In this document: one piece after another, positions 48,615 to 59,095 of the stretch
Layout: the number at the start of each line of letters is the position of its first letter
Position numbering within the stretch: position 1 is the first letter of the stretch
Source of the DNA: Desulfatiglandales bacterium
Lineage (GTDB): Bacteria; Desulfobacterota; DSM-4660; Desulfatiglandales; Desulfatiglandaceae
Assembly (NCBI GenBank): GCA_963662465.1
Contig: OY759599.1
Span: 3,232,001 to 3,296,000 of the forward strand
Direction of reading: 5' to 3'
Length of the DNA: 64,000 nt
Notes under the pieces: model-generated
What the model was told of the DNA's origin: nothing
Seen by the model: only the letters and a program-made list of their open reading frames with translations
Database searches by the model: none
Made by a program: the position numbers and the translations under genes

Positions 48615-50699
48615 ATGAAGTACGTAATCGGCGTGGACGTGGGAGGCACATTTACCGACCTGGTGTGCCTGGATGAACAGGGCAATGCGTTATTAACGAA
48701 AACACCGTCAACACCAGCTGACCCTTCAGTGGCCATCATGAATGGTATTTCCAAGGTATCGGGAATGCTGGGGAAAGACGCTGAGACGCTTTTGAAGGAG
48801 ACATCCAGAATTACGCACGGCACCACCGTGAGCACCAACACCGTCCTCACCTGGACCGGGGCAAAAGTTGGATTGCTAACCACAAAGGGATTCCGCGATA
48901 TCCTGGGCATCCGATTCGGCATCCGGGAAACCCCTTATGATTTTACCGTGCCGCAACCCAATACCTTATGCCCCCGCTATCTGCGCATGCCCATCGAGGA
49001 ACGGATTGATTCCACCGGAAAAGAAGTGCTGCCGTTAAACGAAGACGATGTGCGGAAGGCCTGCGCCTATTTGAAAGCCCAGAACGTTGAAGCCGTTGCC
49101 ATCTGTTTTCTATGGTCTTTTAAATATCCCGAGCATGAAAAACGCGCTCTTGAAATCTGCCGGGCCGAACTCCCCGGCGTGTATTTATGCGCCTCCTGTG
49201 AGATCCAGCCTGAAATCCGTGAATACTGGCGCATGAGTACCACGGTCATCAACGCCTATGTGGGCCCCAAACTGTCCAATTATCTCACCCATCTTTCAGC
49301 AAGTCTCAAAGAATCCGGGTTTTATGGTCAGCTATTGATCACCCAGTCCAATGCAGGGGTTATTTTCCCGGAAGTCGCCATCGAGCAGGCCGTCAGGACT
49401 GTCCTTTCAGGTCCTGCCTGCGCACCTGCCGCCGCAGCTTACGCGGGAAAACCACTGGACTTGAAAGACGTCATTACCGTGGATATGGGCGGCACCAGCT
49501 TTGACGTCTGTTTGATCAAGGACGGCAAACCGGTTACGGCCCTTGAAAGCGCGGTAGGCGGGGTCTACCACATGAAACTCCCTCTGGTGGATGTGCGAAC
49601 CATCGGAACGGGGGGGGGCAGCGTCGCATGGCTGGACAAGATGAATGTACTCCATATGGGGCCGCAAAGCGCAGGCGCGGATCCGGGACCGGCCTGTTAC
49701 GGCAAAGGCGGCCAGGAACCCACCAGCACCGATGCCGATGTGATCCTCGGGTATCTGGACCCGGATTATTATCTGGGCGGTGAAATGACGCTTCATCCCG
49801 ATCTGGCTCGAAAGGCCATCAAAGAAAAAATCGCGGACCCCCTGCAAATAGACGTGACCGAAGCGGCCTGGGCCATGAAGCAGGTCATCGACCATCACAT
49901 GATCGACGGGATCTCCATCGTATCCGTCCAGCGGGGAGAAGATCCAAGAAAGTACACCCTGGTGGTGGCCGGCGGCGCGGGCGCCTCTCATGCGGCCAAC
50001 TTGGCTTCCGTGATCGGCATCAAACGCATGCTCATTACCAGAAGCTCTTCGGTTTTCTGCGCTTTAGGGGGTGTTATTGCGGATGTCCGACACGATTTCG
50101 TGCGATCCGTTCCAGGCGTTACCAGCAAAATGGATTTGGGGAAAATGAACTATGCCTTCGAAGAAATGAAATCCGTGGGCGACGAATACCTCAAAAAGGA
50201 AGAGGTCTCCGTAAAAGACCGCTACTATCACCAATCCCTTGACATGCGTTACAAGGGTCAATATCACGAACTGGAAGTGCCCCTCACCCTGGATTTGGAA
50301 AAAGCGTCGTCGAGCGCCGTTGATGCGGGCATCATTGAAGAACTGGTGGAGCAGTTTCACCAGATGCACGAATCGCTCTACTCATACCGGGATACGGCGG
50401 AGATCGAAATTTTAAATCTCAGGCTGGCCGCTTTCGGAAGAGTCCATACGCCTGAAATCAAAGAAGAGCCCTTCGTCAGCCGGGATTCCGAAAATCATCG
50501 GAAGGGTCAACGGGACGCCTATTTTCAAGAGAGCAATGGTTTCATTTCGACGCCTGTCTACGATGGGGAAACCATGGAAGTGGGCAATGTGGTGGAAGGT
50601 CCCGCCATTGTGGAACTTAAAACAACCACCATCGTGATTCCCCCAAAGGCAAACCTCGAAGTAACACCCTTTGGCAGCTTTCTGGTGGAATTGTCCTAA
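48615..50699 (+). CDS. Hydantoinase A/oxoprolinase-family ATP-binding subunit
   Basis: DVGGTFTD, HGTT, SGPA, DMGGTSFD, GPQSAGADPGPACYG. Confidence 0.93.
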   Translation: MKYVIGVDVGGTFTDLVCLDEQGNALLTKTPSTPADPSVAIMNGISKVSGMLGKDAETLLKETSRITHGTTVSTNTVLTWTGAKVGLLTTKGFRDILGIRFGIRETPYDFTVPQPNTLCPRYLRMPIEERIDSTGKEVLPLNEDDVRKACAYLKAQNVEAVAICFLWSFKYPEHEKRALEICRAELPGVYLCASCEIQPEIREYWRMSTTVINAYVGPKLSNYLTHLSASLKESGFYGQLLITQSNAGVIFPEVAIEQAVRTVLSGPACAPAAAAYAGKPLDLKDVITVDMGGTSFDVCLIKDGKPVTALESAVGGVYHMKLPLVDVRTIGTGGGSVAWLDKMNVLHMGPQSAGADPGPACYGKGGQEPTSTDADVILGYLDPDYYLGGEMTLHPDLARKAIKEKIADPLQIDVTEAAWAMKQVIDHHMIDGISIVSVQRGEDPRKYTLVVAGGAGASHAANLASVIGIKRMLITRSSSVFCALGGVIADVRHDFVRSVPGVTSKMDLGKMNYAFEEMKSVGDEYLKKEEVSVKDRYYHQSLDMRYKGQYHELEVPLTLDLEKASSSAVDAGIIEELVEQFHQMHESLYSYRDTAEIEILNLRLAAFGRVHTPEIKEEPFVSRDSENHRKGQRDAYFQESNGFISTPVYDGETMEVGNVVEGPAIVELKTTTIVIPPKANLEVTPFGSFLVELS

Positions 50700-50723
50700 A
50701 ACTCAGTGAAGGAGGGATGAGAT

Positions 50724-52493
50724 ATGACCGATCAAACCAAAATAAGAGTAAATCCGGCTGATTTTTCAGTCTTGACGTCCGCAGTATTCACCATTGCCCG
50801 TGAAATGGGCGTCAACATGGAGCGAACCGCCAGAGCCCCCATCTACTTCTCGGCCCATGACTTCTGTACATCCATTCTGAATACGGATGCGGAACTCATC
50901 GCCCTGGCCGAATATATCCCCGTCCTGGTGGGCGCCACCCCGTTTGCCGTCAGGGCCATCAAAACCTATTTCCAGGACGACATCAATCCCGATGACGTCT
51001 TTCTCGTCAATGATCCCTATACGCTGGATGGCGGGAACCAGATGGCGGACTGGTGCATTGTTTATCCGGTATTTCATGGGGACGAACACATCCTGTGGAT
51101 TGCCAACAAGGCCCATCAACAGGATACCGGAGGGGGCGCACCCGGCGGCTACAATCCCAATGCCATCGATGTGTATGCGGAAGGTCTCCGGATACCGCCG
51201 TTACGAATTCAACGAAAGGGCCGGGAGCGCAAAAGCGTCATCAACCTGGTTATGACCAATGTGCGGATTCCCGACGTGCAGTACAGTGATTTGCTTTCCC
51301 TCATCGGCGCGGCCAGAGTGGCCGGAAAACGCCTGAACACCCTCATTGACACCTACGGCATGAAAACATTCAAGATGTTTCTGGAAGACCTCCTCACTTA
51401 CGGAGAATTCCTCATGCGGGAAGAGATCACCAAAATACCCGATGGCGTCTACCACAGTGAAGTCAACGGCGATGCGGGCGCCCCCCCCATTGTGTGCCAT
51501 CTGACCATCAAGGGAGACAGCGTCATCGTGGATCTCAGCGACAGCGGCCCCATGAGCAAGGAATACATCAACAGCCCCATTGCCAACACCTACAGCGCCG
51601 TATATCAAGCCATGCTTCAGTCCGTGGGTAAAAAGCTTCAAGTTAGATGCGGCGGATGTTACCGGCCCATTGAAATCCGCACCAAGCCGGGAACCGTTAC
51701 CCATGCCACCTTTCCTGCCACTCACGGGAACTGCACCAATTTCGTGGCCAAACAGATCATTGAATCCGTCTGGGCAGCACTGGCCGAGGTAGCGCCCGAG
51801 GAAACCCCCGGGGGCTGGGGATCCATTCCCTACTGGGTATTCAGCGGCATTGACCCCAGGCGGGGGGAAGGTTACGGTTCCCCCGACTTCCTGTCCTGCG
51901 CGTCCGGCGCCGGCGCCATCTGGGGCACCCAGGGATGGTCCACAAACGGCCCGGTGATCTGCAGCGGCACCCTGTACTACCCCGAAATGGAAGTATGCGA
52001 AAGCCTCTATCCCATGTTCTGGCATCGGTGGGAATGGGCCCAAGACTCGGCGGGCGCGGGGAAATGGCGCGGCGGCATGGGAGTTCATAATGAATGGGTG
52101 GCCGATGCTGATCCTCAACCGGTCTTTTTGCACTATGCCGCGGACCCATTCGATTACGAACCGGCGCCTGCCATCGCCGGCGGAAAACTTCCCCCCAGAA
52201 ACCGAAAGGAACTCTATTTTGCCGATGGACGGGAAGTGAACAATGATGAAGTACGGGAGATCAAATCCTTTGTTCTAGCCAACGGAGACAGGGTTGTAGA
52301 TTTTGTGCAGGGCGGCTGCGGCGTGGGCGACCCCATGGATCGGGATGTGGCGGATGTGAGAAATGATGTCAGGGACGAGCTGGTATCATTTGAAAGCGCC
52401 ATAAATGACTACGGCGTGGCCATTGACCCCGAAACCCTGGAAGTGGATATAAAAAAGACGGAAGCATTGCGGAATGCGCACCGACAACCGTAA
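50724..52493 (+). CDS. Hydantoinase B/oxoprolinase-family subunit
   Basis: HDF, NDPY, HQQDTGG, EGLRIPP, DSAGAGKWRGG, GGCGVGDP. Confidence 0.92.
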   Translation: MTDQTKIRVNPADFSVLTSAVFTIAREMGVNMERTARAPIYFSAHDFCTSILNTDAELIALAEYIPVLVGATPFAVRAIKTYFQDDINPDDVFLVNDPYTLDGGNQMADWCIVYPVFHGDEHILWIANKAHQQDTGGGAPGGYNPNAIDVYAEGLRIPPLRIQRKGRERKSVINLVMTNVRIPDVQYSDLLSLIGAARVAGKRLNTLIDTYGMKTFKMFLEDLLTYGEFLMREEITKIPDGVYHSEVNGDAGAPPIVCHLTIKGDSVIVDLSDSGPMSKEYINSPIANTYSAVYQAMLQSVGKKLQVRCGGCYRPIEIRTKPGTVTHATFPATHGNCTNFVAKQIIESVWAALAEVAPEETPGGWGSIPYWVFSGIDPRRGEGYGSPDFLSCASGAGAIWGTQGWSTNGPVICSGTLYYPEMEVCESLYPMFWHRWEWAQDSAGAGKWRGGMGVHNEWVADADPQPVFLHYAADPFDYEPAPAIAGGKLPPRNRKELYFADGREVNNDEVREIKSFVLANGDRVVDFVQGGCGVGDPMDRDVADVRNDVRDELVSFESAINDYGVAIDPETLEVDIKKTEALRNAHRQP

Positions 52494-52520
52494 ATAACGC
52501 TGAGACCAAGGAGGTCGAGT

Positions 52521-54113
52521 ATGTTAATTGGCGACGCTCTCAGAAGATCCGCCGGAAATTATCCGGACAAACTTGCCGTCAGGGACGATTATGGAAAATA
52601 TTTTCCCGTCGGAACAGGCTATACCTATCGAGAATTAAATGAAACCGTGAACCGTTTGGGCAATAACCTGCTGGCATTGGGGCTTCAAAAAGGCGATCGG
52701 GTGGCGGTGCAGACCGGCACGGGACTGGGGCCTATTCTTTCCCTGCTGGCCCTTGCCAAAGTAGGGATGGCCATCGCCCCCATCGACAGAACCTTCATGT
52801 CCGAGGAAATCGCCTACCAGGTGGGAGACAGCGGAGCGCGGGCGTTTATCGCCGATGCGGACCTCTTCACAAAGAAAATAGCGCCCATTCGGGACCGGCT
52901 CAAATCCGTGGACTTTTTTATCGGAATCGGAGATGAAAACCCCTGTGAATACAGTTTTGAGGAAATGATTGCCGAAGGGTCAACGGAAGAACCCCAAGTG
53001 GTTGTTGCCAAAGACGATATGGCCACCCTCATTTACACCAGCGGTACTACGGGGAAACCCAAGGGCGCCCCCATGACCCATGGGAAATGGAGTTTCAGCG
53101 CAACCGTTTGGGCCGCTGAACTGAACATCCATCCCTATACCCGATGGGCACTGCTCTTGCCGCTGCATACATCGGGCGGCACCGGTTTGACCTTAACCGC
53201 CGTCACGCGGGGTTGCACGCTGATCGTCAGCAATCCCGACGCAGCCAAGATTCTGGATATCATCCATAAAGACAAGATCACCTTTACCCAGTTCAGCCCC
53301 ACCCTCCTGGCCAATGTGATCCGCCATCCCAATGCCCGCAAAACCGATTTCTCTCACATTGAGCGCTGGTTCACGTCGGCTGCGCCCATCTCCGAAGAGT
53401 TGCTGAAAGAGGGGGCGTCATACCTGGGAGAAAAGTTCGTTCAGTTGTACGGCACCACGGAAACCGCCCTTCTGGGAACGGTTTTACGACCCGAGGAAGT
53501 CAGCGTCACCGGTCCACTGTCAAAACGGATGACCTCCATCGGAAAGGCCTGCCTGGGCTATCAAACCAAGGTGGTTGATTCGGATAACAACCCGGTTGGA
53601 CCTGGCGGTATCGGTGAACTGGCCATTAAAGGCGAAGCAGTTTGCGATGGCTACTGGAACAAACCGGACGCGGACGACTTCCGCGATGGGTGGTGGCATT
53701 CCGGGGATATGGTCAGCATTGATGAAGAGGGTTTTTATTATGTGGTGGACCGGAAAAAAGACATGATCGTCTCCGGCGGCCTGAACGTTTATCCCCGGGA
53801 GGTTGAGGATGTAATTTCTGCCCATGACGCCGTTCATCTGGTGTGCGTCATCGGCATCCCCGATAAAAAATGGGGGGAATCGGTTAAAGCGGTGGTGGTG
53901 CTCAAGGACAACGCTCAGTGTACAGAGGCAGAACTCATCGAATTCTGCGCGAAGCGCATCGCTTCCTATAAGAAACCAAAATCAGTGGATTTTGTCGGCA
54001 TCTCCGAAATGCCCATGACAGGCGGCGGCTACAAGCTGCTGCGGCGGGAATTGCGAGACCGATATCGCGAGCAAAGCGCCAAAACCGGTGGGAAGGCCTG
54101 GGGAGCGGTTTAG
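52521..54113 (+). CDS. Acyl-CoA synthetase (AMP-forming)
   Basis: YTSGTTGKPKG, YGTTE, SGD, DRKKDMIVSGG. Confidence 0.93.
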   Translation: MLIGDALRRSAGNYPDKLAVRDDYGKYFPVGTGYTYRELNETVNRLGNNLLALGLQKGDRVAVQTGTGLGPILSLLALAKVGMAIAPIDRTFMSEEIAYQVGDSGARAFIADADLFTKKIAPIRDRLKSVDFFIGIGDENPCEYSFEEMIAEGSTEEPQVVVAKDDMATLIYTSGTTGKPKGAPMTHGKWSFSATVWAAELNIHPYTRWALLLPLHTSGGTGLTLTAVTRGCTLIVSNPDAAKILDIIHKDKITFTQFSPTLLANVIRHPNARKTDFSHIERWFTSAAPISEELLKEGASYLGEKFVQLYGTTETALLGTVLRPEEVSVTGPLSKRMTSIGKACLGYQTKVVDSDNNPVGPGGIGELAIKGEAVCDGYWNKPDADDFRDGWWHSGDMVSIDEEGFYYVVDRKKDMIVSGGLNVYPREVEDVISAHDAVHLVCVIGIPDKKWGESVKAVVVLKDNAQCTEAELIEFCAKRIASYKKPKSVDFVGISEMPMTGGGYKLLRRELRDRYREQSAKTGGKAWGAV

Positions 54114-54138
54114 ATGGCATCAAATTGAGGAGAAAAAA

Positions 54139-55287
54139 ATGGATTTCGCATTATCATCGGAACAAAAAGATATTCGTCAGGCAGCCAGGGAGTTTGCACT
54201 GGGAGAATTGAAAGACATCGCGGGGACTTGCGATCAGAATGAAACCTATCCCCCCGAACTCATTAAAAAAGCGGGGGAACTGGGCTTCTTAGGCGTCTTC
54301 ATCGATGAAGCTTACGGCGGCGCGGGACTCGGGTTTCTGGAACATGCCATTATCCTGGAAGAATTCTGGCGGGTGGATCCCGGTTTGGGGCAACAGTTGT
54401 GTTCGGTATCCTTTGGCGCGGAGGAATTCCTGCTTTTCGGCACAGAAGAACAAAAACAGAAATTTCTCCCTCCTGTTGCCGAAGGCAAATCCATCATGGG
54501 ATTTGCCATTACGGAACCGGATGCCGGCAGCGATACCCTTTCCGCCGCCACCACTGCCGTACTCGATGGCGATGAATACCGGATCAACGGCAGCAAGGTC
54601 ATGATCGGAAACGGCTCCGAGGGAGATTTTATCCTGATATTCTGTTTGACGGACCCGGAGGAAAAAAAGAGATCCGGACGGCACAGCATTATCGTGGTTG
54701 AAACGGATCGGCCCGGATATGAAGCGGATCCATTGCACGGAAAGATGGGCCTTCGCGCATCCAATACCGCCAACATCTTCCTTTCCGATGTCCGGGTGCC
54801 AAAAGAAAACCTGGTAGGAAAACGGGGCAACGGCTTTGCCCAGCTCATGGCCTTTTTTGACCGTTCCCGCGCCTATGTGGCGGCCCATGGGGTGGGACTT
54901 GCGCAAGGTGCCCTGGATCAGGCCCTGACTCACATTCGCAGCCGGGAACAGTTCGGCCGGAAAATCGGTTCATTTCAATCCACCCAGTTCAAAATCGCCG
55001 AAATGGCCACCAAGGTAGAACTGGCCAGAACCATCACCCATAAAGCCTGCACCCTTTTGGATCAGGGAAAGGGCAATACGGACACAACCGCCATGGCCAA
55101 GATGTTCTCAGGTCGAACAGCAGTAGAAGTGGTGGATGAAGCCTTGCAGCTTCACGGCGGCTATGGTTACTTCAACGATCAGGACATCGAGCGATTCTAT
55201 CGGGCCGCCAAGGTCCTGGAAATTTACGAAGGGGCCAAGGAAGTGGAAAAAATGATCATCGGCAGGAACGTTATCGGGAAGCTTTAA
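54139..55287 (+). CDS. Acyl-CoA dehydrogenase
   Basis: FAITEPDAGSD, REQFG, HGGYGY, EIYEG; GAGGAG RBS before ATG 54139. Confidence 0.93.
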   Translation: MDFALSSEQKDIRQAAREFALGELKDIAGTCDQNETYPPELIKKAGELGFLGVFIDEAYGGAGLGFLEHAIILEEFWRVDPGLGQQLCSVSFGAEEFLLFGTEEQKQKFLPPVAEGKSIMGFAITEPDAGSDTLSAATTAVLDGDEYRINGSKVMIGNGSEGDFILIFCLTDPEEKKRSGRHSIIVVETDRPGYEADPLHGKMGLRASNTANIFLSDVRVPKENLVGKRGNGFAQLMAFFDRSRAYVAAHGVGLAQGALDQALTHIRSREQFGRKIGSFQSTQFKIAEMATKVELARTITHKACTLLDQGKGNTDTTAMAKMFSGRTAVEVVDEALQLHGGYGYFNDQDIERFYRAAKVLEIYEGAKEVEKMIIGRNVIGKL

Positions 55288-55297
55288 GCTGAATCGG

Positions 55298-55329
55298 CGC
55301 GATCAACCCCAACTCAGGGGTTGATCGCG
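55298..55329. terminator. Strong hairpin ending the catabolic operon
   Basis: CGCGATCAACCCC-aactca-GGGGTTGATCGCG, 13-bp perfect stem. Confidence 0.75.
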
Positions 55330-55689
55330 TTATCACGTTACAAATTCATTGTTTTTCTGATCTCTGCCCCCCCTCAACCTCAGAAATTCCCTATTCCCTA
55401 ATCTATTTTACTTGACTTTGTTTCCATTCCAAGTATCATCCTTAATATGCTGCTGTTCAATCCATGCAAACCCTGAACGATTCGCCGAAGGTTTTCATAT
55501 GGAGCATCCCCTTAAAACCTGTCTGTTCCGCTCCCGGCATGCCTGCCTTTTCCGCCGGGAGCGAAAATCTTTATCAAAGGTTCTGAAAAACGGATAAGCC
55601 GGTAAGGTTAGATGTTTAACTGCCGACTTTGCAGGTCGGTTACGGGATTGATGAGCGAACACATCAGGGCATATCGAATGGAAACAACT

Positions 55690-56685
55690 TCACAAAAGCC
55701 CATCCAAAGGGCTTCGAACTACCGAAATGTCCTTTTCCATTACGTGGGTGTAGATCTCGGTGGTCTTCACATCCGCATGGCCCAACAATTCCTGAACCAC
55801 CCGAATGTTCACCCCGTTTTCAAGCAAATGCGTTGCAAAAGAATGGCGAAAGGTATGACAACCGACGGGTTTTGTAAGCCCCGCCTTTCCAACGGCGGCC
55901 TTCACGGCTTTTTGGAGCCCGGATTCAAGCACATGATGCCGCATTGTTTTACCTGATCGGGGATCCGTGCTGCGTTTTTTTGAGGGAAACACGTATTGCC
56001 AACCCAGGGATTTGGCGGCATTAGGGTATTTGCGAGCAAGGGCGTTCGGAAGATAAACGTCCCCATATCCATCCGCCAGGTCCCGCAGATGAAGATTTTC
56101 AGCCACTTCAACCTGATTTTTCATGAGGGAGTGGAGGGATTCCGGGAAAAGGGTGGTACGGTCCTTACCGCCCTTTGCGGCTCGAACGTAAATCAGCCTG
56201 CGTTCAAAATCAAGATCGCGAATACGCAAGCGGATGCACTCCATTAACCGCAGGCCGCTGCCATACAGGATTTTGGCCATGAGGAGATGTAACCCCTGCA
56301 TGTGTTCCAAAACAATGGAAACCTCCCGTTGGCTCATGACGACCGGGGGGCGGGAGCGTCTTTTGGCGCGGACAGGGTCAAGATCTTCGTCAACCGGAAT
56401 ATCAAGGACTCTTTTGTATAGGAAAATAATCGCATTGAGGGCTTGGCGCTGGGTGGAAGCGGCAACGTGTTGTTGGACCGCCAAATGGGACAGAAAGGTT
56501 TCAATTTCCTTCTTTCCCATATTCCGAGGATGGGTATTGCTCCCATGGTACCTGATATAGCGCATGATCCAATCGCAATAAGTTTGTTCGGTGCGATAGG
56601 CGTAGTGGTGATAGCGTAGAACCTGTCGAACCTGATCCATAAGACGAAGCTTGGGATCCGGTCGGAATTTTTTCGATTTTTCCAT
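55690..56685 (-). CDS. intI: Integron integrase
   Basis: Catalytic R (GLR), K (GGKDR), HTFRH, LGH and Y (EIYTH), plus the IntI-specific insertion [26 protein letters not shown]; start 56685 or 56706. Confidence 0.95.
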   Translation of the reverse strand: MEKSKKFRPDPKLRLMDQVRQVLRYHHYAYRTEQTYCDWIMRYIRYHGSNTHPRNMGKKEIETFLSHLAVQQHVAASTQRQALNAIIFLYKRVLDIPVDEDLDPVRAKRRSRPPVVMSQREVSIVLEHMQGLHLLMAKILYGSGLRLMECIRLRIRDLDFERRLIYVRAAKGGKDRTTLFPESLHSLMKNQVEVAENLHLRDLADGYGDVYLPNALARKYPNAAKSLGWQYVFPSKKRSTDPRSGKTMRHHVLESGLQKAVKAAVGKAGLTKPVGCHTFRHSFATHLLENGVNIRVVQELLGHADVKTTEIYTHVMEKDISVVRSPLDGLL

Positions 56686-56758
56686 GCTATTGATGATATT
56701 ATTCAATAGATGGAAAAGTCAATAGGGTTTTTTCTATGTTTTGGGCTTTAATATCACA

Positions 56759-56828
56759 ATAGATGGAATTTTTTCCATGCTATAGAGGTAATAGGTAGAA
56801 AATTTTCCACCTATTGGGACTGTTGGAC
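56759..56828 (+). promoter_or_regulatory. Putative attI region
   Basis: Core G/TTGGAC at 56822-56828 upstream of divergent intI, complementary to R'' GTCCAAC of the first attC; palindromes at 56759-56783 and 56790-56815. Confidence 0.65.
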
Positions 56829-56889
56829 AGACCCGCTGGACAGCGGGGGAACTTAACGTCGAAAATTGGTAGAAATAGGTGAAATCGCA

Positions 56890-58065
56890 GTGGAAACGAC
56901 GATTCAGGGCATCTTTCTTCTTGGCTATGCCCTCTATAATCAGACGCATTGTCTTCCGGAACATATTCGTGAGGCGGCTCATCGTCTGATGTCCTGCCGC
57001 ACGTCCATTCTGGGGGGGCACGTCCAGGCATGTCCGGATGGTCACTTCCAGAGGGTCTGGTATAACTCGTGTAAACACCGTATGTGCCCACTCTGCGCCT
57101 TCACCCAGGTTGAGCGGTGGCTGGCGAAACAAAAGGCCCGACTCCTGAGTGCCGAGCATTTCCACGTTATTTTCACCATCTCCGATGAATTGCATGACTT
57201 ATGGCGGCTGAACCGTAAAGTCATGGCTAATCTGCTGTTCAAAAGCGCGACCGAGACCCTTTCCGAACTCCTTGGAGACCCGAAGCATTTGGGGGCCAAA
57301 GTCGGCATCATTGCCTCGTTGCATACCTGGAGCCGAAAATTGGATTTTCATCCCCATTTGCATTGTTTGGTGACGGCCGGTGGTCTGTCCGCCGGCGAGT
57401 GGATTGCTTCATCAAAAACGTTTCTTCTGCCGTTTGGCATTGTCCGGGCGGTTTTTCGAGGAAAATATCTCCACTATTTGAGAAAAGCCCTTGCCCGTGA
57501 AGAACTGATTCTGCCCGAAGGCATGGGACCGCAGCAGGCGCGAAACCTGTTTAATAAGTTGGGGCGCCGTAAGAAGTGGAACGTTAAACTCAAGGAGACC
57601 TATTCATACGGAGAAGGGGTCTTAATTTACCTGGCCCGGTATCTGAGAGGCGGACCGATCTCAAATAAACGCATCTTCCGCATTGAAAACGGAAACGTCA
57701 CCTTCAATTACGGTCGTGAGCGGGTAAGACTCATTACCTTGCCGATTCAAACCTTTATCGGCCGCTACCTGCAACACGTTCCCCTGGCGAATTCCATGAT
57801 GGTGCGTTCATACGGCCTTTACCATCACAACGCAAAAAAAGAACTGGCACGCTGCCGGGAAATACTGGGACAACCGGCACTTGAAGATACGGAATTTCTG
57901 GACTGGCAGAGTCTGTGGCAGCAGCGAAGCGACGAGCAACCGGATTGTTGCCCAGTTTGCGGGAAACGTCTTATTACGTTGAAAATAGTTGCACCGGTAA
58001 GAAAGTCAAAAAGTCTTCCGAGGTTCAATAAGGACCCGGATACGGTATATGCACAGGCAGCGTAA
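56890..58065 (+). mobile_element. IS91-family (HUH/Y2) transposase with N-terminal zinc-binding domain, in cassette position 1
   Basis: YNSCKHRMCPLC, HFHVIFT, HTW..FHPHLHC, YLARY, VRSYG, C-terminal CPVCG; GTG 56890 with AGGTG RBS. Confidence 0.92.
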
Positions 58066-58306
58066 AACGATAATAAACATGAGCATATTCAAAAAGGCAC
58101 TTGAATGGCGAGGCGTTTGGTAAAGGGATAAATAACGCGATATTTCAGGGTTTTTGACGGATCATGCAATTGAAAGCAGGAATTTTATCATCCTTAACCG
58201 GCCATGACGGGTTAAAAAGAGGTCACGCGACAGCTGAGAAGCTCCCTTAATCTCCATAGCCGATCTCCTGCTTCCGGCAAAGTATGTGCTGATGACCCGC
58301 GGCTCT

Positions 58307-58437
58307 GTCCAACACCCCGTTGAACTGGAAAACTGGTATTGGGAGATAAACCGAAATGCGTTGGTTCCTACGAAGTCACCAGCTGGAATGATAATATATT
58401 TTTTTGAACCCGTTTTCCAGTTAACTAAACGTTATGT
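58307..58437 (+). other. attC site 1
   Basis: R'' GTCCAAC, 5 nt, GTT[G]AACTGGAAAAC pairing with GTTTTCCAGTTAAC (extrahelical G), 5 nt, R' GTTATGT. Confidence 0.85.
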
Positions 58438-58456
58438 TTTAGAAAAGAGGCCTGTT

Positions 58457-59089
58457 TTGAAATTCCGTTTTGATGTAATTCTCATTTTGATCTTCTTTGC
58501 TCCAATAAATAGTGTAACAATTACATCTGATACTGGTATGACAATTTTCAGCTCTGAAAAAATCATTGATGCAGGATTTCATACACGGACCTATGCACGT
58601 TGGGAGTTCGGAGTAAATGATTCAAAATTCATTATATCAGGCTACACATATATTTCACGAACTGACTCTTTTTTTACTAATAAGTTAAGTGAATGGCGAA
58701 CACCTTTGGACATATCAATAATTCATTTATTTAAAAAAGCACTGTTAAAAGGCTTAGAATGGGACACTGTTGCTAAAAGCAACAATGTGGAGAACTATTC
58801 TAAGGAAATAGACAGCCTTGGCTACAACTTCAATATAATTTTTAAGGTCGATAACAACAAAAGCTATATACATGTTATAAGAAATGAATGGCCATATCCC
58901 CTAATCTTGGAGTGTGTAGATAACTATGACTTCATTAAAAATGCTCAACAATTGATATCTGCTATAGATAGTTTCCCAGATAAATACGAAAAATACAGAT
59001 CTCAAAAGGCGTTGGCAGTGCGTGAAAAGCAAAAAGGAATAAACACTATACAAGAAGAAAAAAAAAGTGTTGATGCTCTATTTGAATAG
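58457..59089 (+). CDS. Integron cassette 2 ORF, hypothetical exported protein
   Basis: GAGG RBS + TTG just after attC1; hydrophobic N-terminus; AT-rich; ends just before attC2. Confidence 0.75.
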   Translation: MKFRFDVILILIFFAPINSVTITSDTGMTIFSSEKIIDAGFHTRTYARWEFGVNDSKFIISGYTYISRTDSFFTNKLSEWRTPLDISIIHLFKKALLKGLEWDTVAKSNNVENYSKEIDSLGYNFNIIFKVDNNKSYIHVIRNEWPYPLILECVDNYDFIKNAQQLISAIDSFPDKYEKYRSQKALAVREKQKGINTIQEEKKSVDALFE

Positions 59090-59095
59090 TTGATT

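Noticed and set aside
48615..52493. Calling the pair acetophenone or acetone carboxylase
   Set aside because: The additional subunits of those complexes are absent; the substrate cannot be assigned from sequence
55690..56706. Integrase as XerC/D or as the co-oriented recombinase partner of an IS91 element
   Set aside because: It has the IntI-specific insertion, is divergent from the transposase and is followed by attC sites
58286..58456. N-terminal part of ORF 58286..59089
   Set aside because: Runs through attC1; the real start is more likely TTG 58457 after a GAGG RBS
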